Below, piece after piece: positions 23,389-32,537 of a stretch of 64,000 nucleotides of DNA. This stretch comes from an uncultured Verrucomicrobia subdivision 3 bacterium. Its GTDB lineage: Bacteria; Verrucomicrobiota; Verrucomicrobiia; Limisphaerales; UBA11358. The DNA lies in NCBI GenBank assembly GCA_903872345.1, contig CAIQKM010000174.1, positions 8,019-72,018 on the forward strand, in the 5' to 3' direction. A model generated the notes under the pieces. That model was not told the origin of the DNA, ran no database searches, and was given only the letters and a program-made list of their open reading frames with translations. The position numbers and the translations under genes are program-made. Positions within the stretch are counted from its first letter, which is position 1. Each line of letters begins with the position of its first letter.

Positions 23389-26300
23389 GGTCTGGGCGGG
23401 CGGGATCAACAAGTTCACGATGGTGTAGGCCGGAACCGTGACGGTGAACGTGTTGCCCAGGCCAGACACGGTGTTTGAGGATATGGGATAGGTCGGATAA
23501 CTATTCGTACCGATAAAATTGGTCTGGCCGAACTGATACCAGATGCCGGAACCCGCCAAGGTTGGCCCGCTGATGTTCACCGTTACCGCGATGGGGATGA
23601 GCGGATCCGTGTTAATGAGCATGACACCCGTTTTCCCGTCCTGACGCGAGCTGGCATGCACGTGGAGATTGGTCGTCGAGGAGGCAATGTTCAGCATCGT
23701 GTCGCCGACGGCGGCGAGCAGGCGCGCCATCTTGGCCCCGTAGGCGGGTCCGAGCAACGCATTATTGGTCGTGCCGGGAGTGCCCGATGCCAGAAATCCG
23801 CTGTGCAATTCCTGGTAATCCACATTGACGGCGCCGTTTTCGATCCACGTCAGCAAAGTGTCTGCGGCGTATTCCGCGCTTCCCCCGCCAAGGACGCCCG
23901 AGCCGGTCTCCGTCACCGCAATCCCCACCTGGTTCGAGCGCGAACCCACATACTGGCCGATCTCCGAACGGCAGGCCGAAACACCGCCGGGAATCTGGAG
24001 GCACGACTGTAATTGTTGCGCATCGGTGCCGCCCGGATACCAGTGGATGACGACAAAATCCACCACGTTGGAGACCGGGGGCAGCGCGGCGGCATTGTAG
24101 GACACCCGGCCCTGATCAAATCCGATACCGCATTTGATGGTGGGATCCTGGGCCTTCATGGCGGTAATGAAGGCAAGCGAATTGGAGCCGTAGGCGGCGG
24201 GCGACAGCGCATACTGTCCGTTCCGGTTTCCGTCATACGGATAGTGCAGGTCATATTCCCAGCCACTGCCGCCGTAGTAGCCGTTGCCGCCCACTTCATT
24301 GCCAATTTCCCAGTATTTGATGCCCAAACCCCTTACATTGTTGGCGTAATTTACCCAGGCGGCGGCTTCGCTGGGATCCGCGCCGCCGTCGCAGGTGACA
24401 CTGGAGCCGTAGTTGACGGTGATGATGGCCTTGGCGCCGGCCGGGATGACGGTATTGTTGATCCAGTTGTCGAAGTTATTGCCATAGGCCAGATAACTGC
24501 CATCGCAGGCGGTATAATTCTGCCAGTGGAACGTGTCGGCATACGAACCGCCCGGGTAACGAATGATTTTAATGCCGGCATTGGAGATGGAGTTGCCGGT
24601 GCCGGCACTGGTCAGGATATTGTCATAAACGGCGCTGGCCACGCCCAGCCCTTCCAAAGGCATCGTCGCCATCGTTTGGGTTGTGTTAAGGGTCACGGTA
24701 AGGGGTGAAAGAACAGTCACGGCAACCACGCTGCTGGTGTAACTTCCGAATCCGTTGGTAACAATGTAATTGTACTGGAAGGCGCCGGTGCCAGGCGGGG
24801 TCGCCGTCAGCGTCGCATTGGTCGCGTTGGGAACATTGGTCAGCGAACCGCTGGCCCCGCCCGACTGCCATTGATAGCTTAACGGAGGACTGCCTGCGCC
24901 GGAGGGCGAGGTCAGCGTGATGGGGGAACCGAGGTAAACGGTGTTGCTCGGCGAGATCACGGGCGTGCCCACAATGATGGTTACGGCGGCCACGCTGCTG
25001 GTGACACTGCCCGAGCTGTCGGTCGCGATGTAATCGTACCGGTAGGTGCCGGTGCCGGGCGGAGTCACCGTCAGCGTCGCATTGGTGGCGTTGGGAACAT
25101 TGGTCAGCACACCGCTGGCCCCGCCCGACTGCCATTGATACGAAATGGGAACATTGTCTATCGCGGCAGAGCTGACGGTGAGCGGGGAACCGATATAAGC
25201 GGTGGCGGGCGAAATGGCCGGCATGCCGGCGAGCAACTGGCTTGAGTTTGTTGACAGGCCGATGACGAAAACCCCGTCATAACCGCCGCTGCTTTCAAAC
25301 GTGATGCCTCCCCCGGCGCTGGGAATCAGGGCGACCGCCCCGCGCGGGTAGAGATTGCCGCTCGCCACCGCCAATCCGCCATAGCCGCTGCTGACCCGGT
25401 GGAAAGAATAGGCATAAGTCGCATTGGGCGCCAGGGGTACGGCGAGATTGGCCCATCGCAGCCAGTCGCCATCCGCATAACTGAACGTGGACGGACTCGT
25501 AAAAGTGGCCACCAAGGTGGCGGCGCTGCCGGACACGGAGAAGATTCGAAGTTGATACGCCTGCGGTCCCAAACCAGCCCCGTTTGAATCCAGCGGCGAA
25601 CTGCCGGTGCGGAGGGAGAGAGTGTTCAAAACCGCCGGCTTCGCTCCCGTGGTAAAAGTCTGCCCCGGCGGAGTGCCATTGTCGGTGAAATAATTAAAGC
25701 TGCCGGTCAGGTGCGCGTTGCCGTTGGTGCTCAACTGCGATATGTCATTTGGCCCCGGAGCCGGATTGGCCGTGCCGATGTCCGTGAGGATATTGGTGCT
25801 CGTCGGTTGCAGGCCAAGATCGAACACCCCGTCAAATTTGTGGCTGCTGCCGGTGGTGATTGCCCCGCCGTTGGTGGGAATCAGCGCCATTTCGCCGCCC
25901 GCGAAGACGTTCGTGGCCACGGCCAGCGCCGCATAGCCGCCGCCAGACGGCTGTCGGCCGAAAGAATACGCATAAGTTTGGTTCGTGCCCAGCGGCACAT
26001 ACAGCCCGCTCCATTGCAGCCAGTCGCCATCGGTGAAACCGGGATTCGCCGCGCTGACCGTCACCAGCGTGGTCGCCGTGCTGCCGCTCATCGAATAAAT
26101 GCTCAGATAATACGTCGGCGTGTTTGTGGGCGTGCCGTAGCCGCCGCCGCTGTCCAACCCTCCCGTCTTGATGGCAACCGACACGAGATTCATTGCGTTG
26201 GTGCCGGTGGTGAAGGTCTGACCGGGGGGCGGATTGTTGTCGGTGTAGTAATTGATGCCGTCAGGCTTGTTCGGGTAGGCCGTGTTGCCCAGGGTCGAGA

Positions 26301-26448
26301 GTTGGCAAATGTCGTTCGTTCCGGGAATTGGCGCGACGGAACCGATGTCCGTCAAGGTTTGCCCGGATAAGCTGCCCGCCAAGCCAATGGCAAAGAGTTG
26401 CAATGCAAGACTGCGAATGGCGGTGTTCATGATAAAACCATAGCCCAA
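22876..26448 (-). CDS. Giant secreted modular glycoside hydrolase: signal peptide, 2x unknown ~185-aa N-module, 2x Ig-like, clan GH-A (beta/alpha)8 core of unassigned family, cadherin-like domain, C-terminal FYRV module
   Basis: The catalytic region has IRYPGGSYADTFHWQ and KYWEIGNE (an NE acid/base-type motif). The N- and C-terminal modules are shared with the next gene. A start at ATG 26448 or at Met7 (MNTAIRSLALQLFAIGLAG) is possible. Confidence 0.85.
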   Translation of the reverse strand: MGYGFIMNTAIRSLALQLFAIGLAGSLSGQTLTDIGSVAPIPGTNDICQLSTLGNTAYPNKPDGINYYTDNNPPPGQTFTTGTNAMNLVSVAIKTGGLDSGGGYGTPTNTPTYYLSIYSMSGSTATTLVTVSAANPGFTDGDWLQWSGLYVPLGTNQTYAYSFGRQPSGGGYAALAVATNVFAGGEMALIPTNGGAITTGSSHKFDGVFDLGLQPTSTNILTDIGTANPAPGPNDISQLSTNGNAHLTGSFNYFTDNGTPPGQTFTTGAKPAVLNTLSLRTGSSPLDSNGAGLGPQAYQLRIFSVSGSAATLVATFTSPSTFSYADGDWLRWANLAVPLAPNATYAYSFHRVSSGYGGLAVASGNLYPRGAVALIPSAGGGITFESSGGYDGVFVIGLSTNSSQLLAGMPAISPATAYIGSPLTVSSAAIDNVPISYQWQSGGASGVLTNVPNATNATLTVTPPGTGTYRYDYIATDSSGSVTSSVAAVTIIVGTPVISPSNTVYLGSPITLTSPSGAGSPPLSYQWQSGGASGSLTNVPNATNATLTATPPGTGAFQYNYIVTNGFGSYTSSVVAVTVLSPLTVTLNTTQTMATMPLEGLGVASAVYDNILTSAGTGNSISNAGIKIIRYPGGSYADTFHWQNYTACDGSYLAYGNNFDNWINNTVIPAGAKAIITVNYGSSVTCDGGADPSEAAAWVNYANNVRGLGIKYWEIGNEVGGNGYYGGSGWEYDLHYPYDGNRNGQYALSPAAYGSNSLAFITAMKAQDPTIKCGIGFDQGRVSYNAAALPPVSNVVDFVVIHWYPGGTDAQQLQSCLQIPGGVSACRSEIGQYVGSRSNQVGIAVTETGSGVLGGGSAEYAADTLLTWIENGAVNVDYQELHSGFLASGTPGTTNNALLGPAYGAKMARLLAAVGDTMLNIASSTTNLHVHASSRQDGKTGVMLINTDPLIPIAVTVNISGPTLAGSGIWYQFGQTNFIGTNSYPTYPISSNTVSGLGNTFTVTVPAYTIVNLLIPPAQTNTPPVLAAIANRTVNVGQTVAFTASATDTNQPPPPLTYALLAGATNATLNTNSGAFSFRPLVTQANLTNNFTLKVSDNGSPVLSATQSFYIAVNPLTSVGIGNVSVAGNQLSFQVVGQSGPDYEILVSTNLAQWSSVFITNSPVLPFNWKDTNSTAPRRFYRVKPGPPLP
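24703..25221 (-). repeat. In-frame tandem duplication (2 x ~264 bp) encoding two Ig-like modules
   Basis: The DNA block ...GTCAGCGTCGCATTGGT.GCGTTGGGAACATTGGTCAGC..ACCGCTGGCCCCGCCCGACTGCCATTGATA recurs with a 264-bp offset (24806 vs 25070). The protein core SYQWQSGGASG.LTNVPNATNATLT.TPPGTG is repeated. Confidence 0.85.
25810..26361 (-). repeat. Shared N-terminal module (184 aa, unknown fold), copy in the GH-A gene. A second, more diverged tandem copy follows at ~25250-25809.
   Basis: QTLTDIGS.AP.PGTNDI.Q.ST.GNTAYPNKPDGINYYTDN.PPPGQTFTTGTNA...YYLSIYSMSGSTAT...DGDWL.WSGL is collinear with 29664..30215. Confidence 0.85.
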
Positions 26449-26492
26449 ATGAGTCTGAAAAACAGTCGTCAGTTCTTATGACACCACCGTCC

Positions 26493-27005
26493 TTATGGCA
26501 ACGGCGGACCGAGTTTGACGCGGTAAAAACGTTGCGGCGACGTGGAATTCGTATCTTTCCAGTTGAACGGCAGTACGGGCGAATTGGTGATGAACACGCT
26601 GCTCCATTGCGCCAGGTTGGTGGACATTAGAATCTCGTAATCGGGGCCGCTCTGGCCGCTGACATTGAAACCAACCTGGCCGCCGGCAAACGTCACGCCA
26701 CTGATCCCCGGCGAGGCAAGCGGATTGACCAGCACGGAGAAACTTTGCGTGGCGCTCAGGCTGGGCGTGCCATTGTCGGAAACTTTCAGCGTGAAACTGT
26801 TCGTCGAGTTCGCCTGCGTGACGAGCGGCCGGAAGCTGAACGCGCCGCTGTTCGTGTTCAAGGTCGCGTTGGTTGCGCCGGCCAGCAGCGCAAAAGTCAG
26901 CGTCTGCGGCGGCGAGTCCGTGTCCGTGGCACTGGTGGTGAAGGCGACGGTCTGGCCAACGTTCACCGTGCGATTGGTGATGGCCCCGAGCACGGGCGGC
27001 GTGTT
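26493..27005 (-). repeat. Shared C-terminal module, copy 2
   Basis: See 22876..23388. Long runs of identical nucleotides occur, for example GAATTGGTGATGAACACGCTGCTCCA.TGCGCCAGGTTGGTGGACA.TAGAATCTCGTAATCGGG. Confidence 0.9.
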
Positions 27006-30000
27006 GGACGGTGCCACCATCCAAAGCACCAGGGCGTTCGCGTTGCCCGAGGAGACATCCCCGCCGGAACTGTTTCCAGGCATCTGCTCAATGAGTGTTT
27101 TGGTGGAACCGGTGGCCGTAAATGCGCCCGTCACACAGACGTTGGAACCCATCTGCCAAGTCTGGGAAACATCGCCGGACAGGTTGGGATCCTGCAAATA
27201 CGCCTGGCGCACATTTTCGGGAGAGCGATCATCCAGTCCGAAAAACATCACGATGTAACGCGATCCAGCCGTGAGATTGGTCAGGGTGACGGTCTTGGGA
27301 CCGCCATCGTAGTTAAATTCGTTGAGCACGGCATCGAAGTTGGCATTGCTGGTATTTCCGGAGAAGGAGCCGGTGGCGGTTCCGTTTCCCGTGGCGGTTG
27401 CCACGGAGCCATTGGCCGTGAAATTGATCTGCGTGCCATTCGTCAGCGTTACCGTGTAGGCGGTCCCGCCAAACGACGCCGCGCCAACCAGAACCGATCC
27501 CGAGGGCGGCGACAGCGTCGCGTCAGCAGTGGTGATGGGGGTGGGAACGGACCAAGTGAAATTGGTCGCGGCCGGCGGCGTGAACGGACTGAGAGTGAGG
27601 GCGATGGTCGTCGTGTGGCTGATTAATCCGCTGGTGGCGGTGACGGTCACATTCGATGTGCCGGAGGTGACGGTGTTGGAGGCCGTGAACGTCAGGGTGT
27701 TCGCACCACCGGTAATGGGATTCGCGCCAAACGTGGCGGTAACTCCGCCGGGAAGATTGGTTGCGCTCAATGTATAACAGCCATTCAAACCGTTCAATGC
27801 CGTGATCGTGACCGTGCTCGTGCCGCTTGATCCGCCTTGCACGGTCAGGCTGGTTGGGTTCCTGGCCACGCTGAAGTCCGGCGCAGCCGTATTCCAAGAA
27901 ATGGAATCAACGTAGCAGGTGTTCGTCCACCCGGCACTGGTGTTAAACTGAAGGTTCAGATATGCGAAGGGCGACACGGCGTTCGCCGGCACGGTATAGG
28001 TGAGCGTGTTCCAAGCGTTCGCCGTGAAACTTCCATAATAGGTGCTGGTCCATACCCAGTTGTGATCCTGTATGATGGGCTGGATGCTGGAGATTTTGTG
28101 GCCGCTCGGAATCCAGACATGAAAGGTGATTGTCTGGCCCGGAAGGGCATTCACGCCGCCAAGCCTCAGCATCGCCGAGGCCCCGCTCGTGCTGTTGAAG
28201 TTCACGGCCAGCGACTGTTTGCCCGCATAGTGCTGGACGGTGGAAGTCGCCACTCCGACAATCAGGTTGGTGCCGTCGGCCGCCCAACCCTGCGGGTCGG
28301 TTTCAAAATTAAATTGCGCGGGATCCTGGTTGACGCCGGTGGTCGTTGCATGAGCTTCCGGTGAATAACCCGTGATCCCGGAGCCGTTGACAGCGACCAC
28401 TTGAAAATAATAAGTGGTGCCGCTGTTGAGATTGGTATCGGTATAGGATGTGCCGGTAATGCCGGTGACGACGGGATTGGTGCCCTCGCCGCCGGATTCC
28501 GCCGCCCGGTAGAGATTGTAGCTGGTGGCTCCGCTGCCGGCAGTCCAGGACAAATTAACATTGGTATTGTTACTCAGCGTCGCAACCAGACCCGACGCAG
28601 CATAAGGAGCGCCATTCGGCGGCGGATACGCCACGCCACCGGTCAACACCCTGACCGCGTCCGAATTTTCGACCGCGCCCGTGACATAGCTGAACGGACT
28701 GTCGCCAGTGCTCCAATAAAAGGGATACATTCCGTGAACATGGGCGGAATCAACCAGATACTTGTTCCAATAATAACAGGAAAGACTGTTCCAAGTCGCC
28801 TCCGTTCCGCTGAGGAAATTCTTCCCCGCCGCCTGGAATTCGCCGATCATCACCGGAATCCCCTTGCTGACATACTGGTCTTCCAGTTGTTGAAAGCCCG
28901 CATCCATCGTGCCTTCTTCACCCCAGGTGGCGTTGTTAGTTGGGGCACCGGCATCGGAATAATGGTAAGCCGGCCCCCAGAAGTAGGGAGTGCCCGCGCT
29001 TTGCGTTTGCGTGAAATCGAACGGCGTGTAGTTGTGATATTCCAACATCAGACGGTTGGTAACCGTGTCCGTTGGCAGGGAATTCAACCACGTCGTGTCG
29101 CCGCCGCCTTGCAGCACCAGCCAGCGGTTGGTGTTATTGCCACCCACAGCCCGAACCGCGTTGACGAAAGTCTGGTAATAATACATCAACGTGCTCATCA
29201 CAGCGGGACTGGCTACGTTGGGTTCGTTCGAGGCGGCAAACAGCAAATGGTTGTCGTAACCGGCAAAAGTGGTGGCAATCTGGGTCCAGTAGGCCTTCAC
29301 CTTCGCGTTAATGACGGGATCCACCGTTGTCCCTATGCTGCTTTCCAGCCACCCGTCGTCCCAGTGGTCGTTGATCATGACATACATGCCCGCCGCGATG
29401 GCCGCGTCCACCGTCTGTTTGACCTGCGCCATATAGGAAGAACTGATCTGGTAGTTGGTAACGCCGCCGCTGATGTTGGTGATACCGCCGCCCAGCTCCC
29501 ACCCGCACGGAATGCGCACGGCGTTGAACCCGTTTTGGACGGCCGAGTAGAACAGTGCCGTGTTGGGCGGCCCCCAGTTCAACTCCAGCTCATTTCCAAC
29601 GTTCATCCCGTAGGTCGGATTCGGAAACGGCATGGAAGCGGGGATGTTGGTGGCCGCCGCCGCCAGGCCGAGATCGAACACCGCGTCATACTTGTGGCTG
29701 CCACCGGTGGTGATCGTGCCGCCGCTGATGGGAACAAGCGCCATTTCGCCGCCCGCGTAGGCGTTCGTGGCCACGGCCATCGCCACATAGCCGCCGCCGG
29801 ACGGCAGCCGGCCGAAAGCGTACGCGTAGGTTTTGTTCGTGCCCAACGCCACGTTCAGCCCGCTCCATTTCAGCCAGTCACCGTCCGTGAAACCGGGGTT
29901 CGGCGCGCTGACCGTGAGAAGCAACGTCGCCGTGCTGCCGCTCATCGAGTAAATGCTCAGATAATACGTCGGCGTGGTTGCGGGCGTGCCGTAGCCGCCG

Positions 30001-30338
30001 CCGGAGTTCAATCCCGCCGTCCTGATGGCGACCGACACAAGCCTCGTCGCATTGGTTCCGGTGGTGAAGGTCTGACCCGGGGGCGGACTGTTGTCGGTGT
30101 AATAATTAATCCCGTCCGGCTTGTTCGGGTAGGCAGTGTTGCCGTTGGTCGAGAACTGGTAAATGTCATTCGTTCCGGGCGTTGGCGCGGTGGAGCCGAT
30201 GTCCATCAATGTTTGCGCGTGAACAAAACCAGCCAGCCCGGAGGCCAGGATCGCCAAAACCAAACGCAGCCAGCCGGTGATTTGACGTAAAAGTAATTCA
30301 GGCGCAAAATTCATGTTAGCAATGGGACTCACTGACAT
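26493..30338 (-). CDS. Giant secreted modular GH5 endoglucanase-type enzyme: signal peptide, N-module, GH5, FN3, CBM-like, Ig-like/unknown domains, cadherin-like domain, C-terminal FYRV module
   Basis: GH5 motifs: GMNVGNELE, FNAVRIPCGW, MINDHWD, LLFAASNEPN (acid/base), LEYHNYTPF, PVMIGEFQA (nucleophile). FN3: NLSWTAGSGATSYNLYRA...YYFQVVAVN. Confidence 0.9.
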   Translation of the reverse strand: MSVSPIANMNFAPELLLRQITGWLRLVLAILASGLAGFVHAQTLMDIGSTAPTPGTNDIYQFSTNGNTAYPNKPDGINYYTDNSPPPGQTFTTGTNATRLVSVAIRTAGLNSGGGYGTPATTPTYYLSIYSMSGSTATLLLTVSAPNPGFTDGDWLKWSGLNVALGTNKTYAYAFGRLPSGGGYVAMAVATNAYAGGEMALVPISGGTITTGGSHKYDAVFDLGLAAAATNIPASMPFPNPTYGMNVGNELELNWGPPNTALFYSAVQNGFNAVRIPCGWELGGGITNISGGVTNYQISSSYMAQVKQTVDAAIAAGMYVMINDHWDDGWLESSIGTTVDPVINAKVKAYWTQIATTFAGYDNHLLFAASNEPNVASPAVMSTLMYYYQTFVNAVRAVGGNNTNRWLVLQGGGDTTWLNSLPTDTVTNRLMLEYHNYTPFDFTQTQSAGTPYFWGPAYHYSDAGAPTNNATWGEEGTMDAGFQQLEDQYVSKGIPVMIGEFQAAGKNFLSGTEATWNSLSCYYWNKYLVDSAHVHGMYPFYWSTGDSPFSYVTGAVENSDAVRVLTGGVAYPPPNGAPYAASGLVATLSNNTNVNLSWTAGSGATSYNLYRAAESGGEGTNPVVTGITGTSYTDTNLNSGTTYYFQVVAVNGSGITGYSPEAHATTTGVNQDPAQFNFETDPQGWAADGTNLIVGVATSTVQHYAGKQSLAVNFNSTSGASAMLRLGGVNALPGQTITFHVWIPSGHKISSIQPIIQDHNWVWTSTYYGSFTANAWNTLTYTVPANAVSPFAYLNLQFNTSAGWTNTCYVDSISWNTAAPDFSVARNPTSLTVQGGSSGTSTVTITALNGLNGCYTLSATNLPGGVTATFGANPITGGANTLTFTASNTVTSGTSNVTVTATSGLISHTTTIALTLSPFTPPAATNFTWSVPTPITTADATLSPPSGSVLVGAASFGGTAYTVTLTNGTQINFTANGSVATATGNGTATGSFSGNTSNANFDAVLNEFNYDGGPKTVTLTNLTAGSRYIVMFFGLDDRSPENVRQAYLQDPNLSGDVSQTWQMGSNVCVTGAFTATGSTKTLIEQMPGNSSGGDVSSGNANALVLWMVAPSNTPPVLGAITNRTVNVGQTVAFTTSATDTDSPPQTLTFALLAGATNATLNTNSGAFSFRPLVTQANSTNSFTLKVSDNGTPSLSATQSFSVLVNPLASPGISGVTFAGGQVGFNVSGQSGPDYEILMSTNLAQWSSVFITNSPVLPFNWKDTNSTSPQRFYRVKLGPPLP
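29664..30215 (-). repeat. Shared N-terminal module, copy in the GH5 gene
   Basis: See 25810..26361. Confidence 0.85.
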
Positions 30339-30491
30339 TATCTAATGCAAATCAACAGCGCCGGCAATCGTCAGTTTTAACGACATTCGCCGCAAAGGGT
30401 ATCTGGATAAAAAGCGTTCCGCGTGTCGTAATTATACATGACGTGACAGCCGTCGCCGGGTTAGTATGTTGTCGCACCCCAAAACTGAAAA

Positions 30492-32435
30492 ATGAAACCA
30501 GCCATGCGCCCCCTTTTCGCCTTCGTGACGTTCCTCGCCGCCGCCTCCTGCCTGGCGGCCGGTGCATCCTTCACCGTGGATGCGACCCGCTCCGCCGGGC
30601 CAGTCAGCCCGAAGCTTTACGGCTTGATGACCGAGGAGATCAACCATTCCTACGACGGCGGTCTTTACGCGGAACTCATTCAAAACCGCGCGTTTCTGGA
30701 CGACGCCAAGTCGCCGGCTCACTGGTCCGCGGTGGCGCAGGCAAGTTCCACCGCTGATATTGCGCTGGACCCGTCTAATCCGCTGAATGATAAACTCCCG
30801 GTGAGCCTGAGAGTTTCCGTAACGCAGGCCACAAAGGACCAGCCGGCCGGCGTGGCGAACAGTGGCTACTGGGGAATTCCGGTGCATCCCAAGACGGTGT
30901 ATCACGCCTCACTGTTTGCCCGGGCGGAAGCAAGTTTCACCGGCCCTTTGACAATTTCCATAGTGAGCGAGGATGGCGGTACGGTTTACGCCTCGGAAAA
31001 AATTTCCGGAGTTGTGTCCGAATGGAAAAAATTTGAGGTTACACTCAAGACCGGCAACGTCGTTCCGACCGCCCAAGCGCGGTTCGAAATCACGCTGGAT
31101 CAGCCGGGAACGGTCTGGCTCAATGTCGTTTCGCTGTTTCCGCCCACCTGGAACGACCGCCCGAACGGCCTGCGCAAGGACATCATGCAGTTGCTGGTGG
31201 ACTTGAACCCGAAATTCCTGCGCTTCCCCGGCGGCAATTACGTCGAGGGCAATAAGATTGAAGACCGCTTCCCGTGGCAAAAAACACTGGGTCCTATTGA
31301 AGATCGTCCCGGCCACGCGTGTTGCTGGGGCTATCGCTCCAGCGACGGCATGGGCCTGCTGGAGTTTCTGGAATGGTGCGAGGACATGCAGGCCGAGCCG
31401 GTCCTGGCGGTCTATGCCGGTTATTCGCTTCAGGGCGGCCACCTCAAGGCCGGCGCGGAGCTGGCCCCCATCGTGGAGGAAGCATTAAACGAGATCGAAT
31501 ACGTTACAGGCGACACCAACACCACCTGGGGCGCGCGCCGGGCGAAGGACGGTCATCCCGCGCCGTTTCAACTGAACTGTGTCGAAATCGGCAACGAGGA
31601 TTTTTTTGACCAGTCCAAGACATACGACGCGCGCTATGCGCAAATTAGCGACGCCATCCGGGCCCAATATCCCCGGCTCAAACTGATTTCAACCATCGCC
31701 GGAGCGCAGTTGAACGGCCGCAAGGCTGACATTGTCGATCAGCACGACTATAGCGCCACGGACGAATTTATCAAAAAGTCGCGGAATTACGGGTCGGATT
31801 TCAACCGCCAGGGACCCGAAATTTTCGTCGGCGAATGGGCGGCGCACGAAGACGCTGCGGTCCGGCCCTGGGACGGGGCGGCGCATAAATTGGCGCCCAC
31901 GCCCACGATGAAAGCGGCGATCGGCGACGGCGTGTTCATGGCCGCGTTGGAGCGCAACGCCGACATCATCAAAATGCATTGTTACGCGCCGCTGCTGGTG
32001 AATGTGAATCCCGGCGCGCGTCAGTGGCGGCCGAACCTGATTGGCTACGACGCCCTTACGGCCTACGGCTCGCCCAGCTACTACGCCATCCAGATGTTCA
32101 GCCGGAATCTCGGCGACGAAATCCTGCCGGTCACCTTCGCGAACACTTCCGTGCAAGGCTGCGCCACGCGTAACCGCCGGACGGGCGAGATCATCATCAA
32201 GCTGGTAAACCCGGAGTTGCGACCGGAATCCCTGCCAATTGAAATCAACGGCGTCACCGCGATTGCATCCAAAGCCACGATCATCACGCTGGCGGGAAAT
32301 CCGGAAGACACCAATTCCACCAGCCATCCAAGAAATGTCGTGCCGGTCACCACCACGCTGCGCGACGTGAAACCCGGTTTCACCTATGCGCTTCCGCCCA
32401 CCAGCATTGTGGTCATCAAGCTGCAGGCTCGCTAA
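30492..32435 (+). CDS. Alpha-L-arabinofuranosidase, GH51 (plant/fungal-like architecture with an N-terminal CBM4/9-like domain), secreted
   Basis: GGLYAELIQNRAF, FLRFPGGNYVEGN..RFPWQKTLGPIEDRPGH, VEIGNEDFF. Signal peptide MKPAMRPLFAFVTFLAAASCLAA. Confidence 0.88.
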   Translation: MKPAMRPLFAFVTFLAAASCLAAGASFTVDATRSAGPVSPKLYGLMTEEINHSYDGGLYAELIQNRAFLDDAKSPAHWSAVAQASSTADIALDPSNPLNDKLPVSLRVSVTQATKDQPAGVANSGYWGIPVHPKTVYHASLFARAEASFTGPLTISIVSEDGGTVYASEKISGVVSEWKKFEVTLKTGNVVPTAQARFEITLDQPGTVWLNVVSLFPPTWNDRPNGLRKDIMQLLVDLNPKFLRFPGGNYVEGNKIEDRFPWQKTLGPIEDRPGHACCWGYRSSDGMGLLEFLEWCEDMQAEPVLAVYAGYSLQGGHLKAGAELAPIVEEALNEIEYVTGDTNTTWGARRAKDGHPAPFQLNCVEIGNEDFFDQSKTYDARYAQISDAIRAQYPRLKLISTIAGAQLNGRKADIVDQHDYSATDEFIKKSRNYGSDFNRQGPEIFVGEWAAHEDAAVRPWDGAAHKLAPTPTMKAAIGDGVFMAALERNADIIKMHCYAPLLVNVNPGARQWRPNLIGYDALTAYGSPSYYAIQMFSRNLGDEILPVTFANTSVQGCATRNRRTGEIIIKLVNPELRPESLPIEINGVTAIASKATIITLAGNPEDTNSTSHPRNVVPVTTTLRDVKPGFTYALPPTSIVVIKLQAR

Positions 32436-32471
32436 TCACGCCGGACAAGTTTGAAATCTCAGCGGTACTCG

Positions 32472-32520
32472 TCCATCCGTCGTAGAGCGACCAGAGCCAC
32501 GACGGGTGGATTTTTTATTT
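32472..32520 (+). terminator. Rho-independent terminator of the GH51 gene
   Basis: TCCATCCGTCGT-(15-nt loop)-ACGACGGGTGGA is a 12-bp stem with one G.U pair on the plus-strand RNA, followed by TTTTTTATTT. Confidence 0.7.
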
Positions 32521-32537
32521 GTCTGCCCAAATTGTCA

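Noticed and set aside
22876-27005. Near-identical ~0.5-kb DNA blocks (22876-23388 / 26493-27005 and 25810-26361 / 29664-30215) considered as possible IS or mobile-element copies.
   Set aside because: The blocks are in frame within long ORFs, encode protein modules, and have no terminal inverted repeats or transposase. They are interpreted as shared protein domains (see findings).
30339-30491. The divergent region between the GH5-giant and GH51 genes, together with ORFs 30352..30567 and 30432..30905.
   Set aside because: I could support no convincing promoter, operator or small gene there. The ORFs overlap the GH51 signal-peptide region on the wrong strand or frame.
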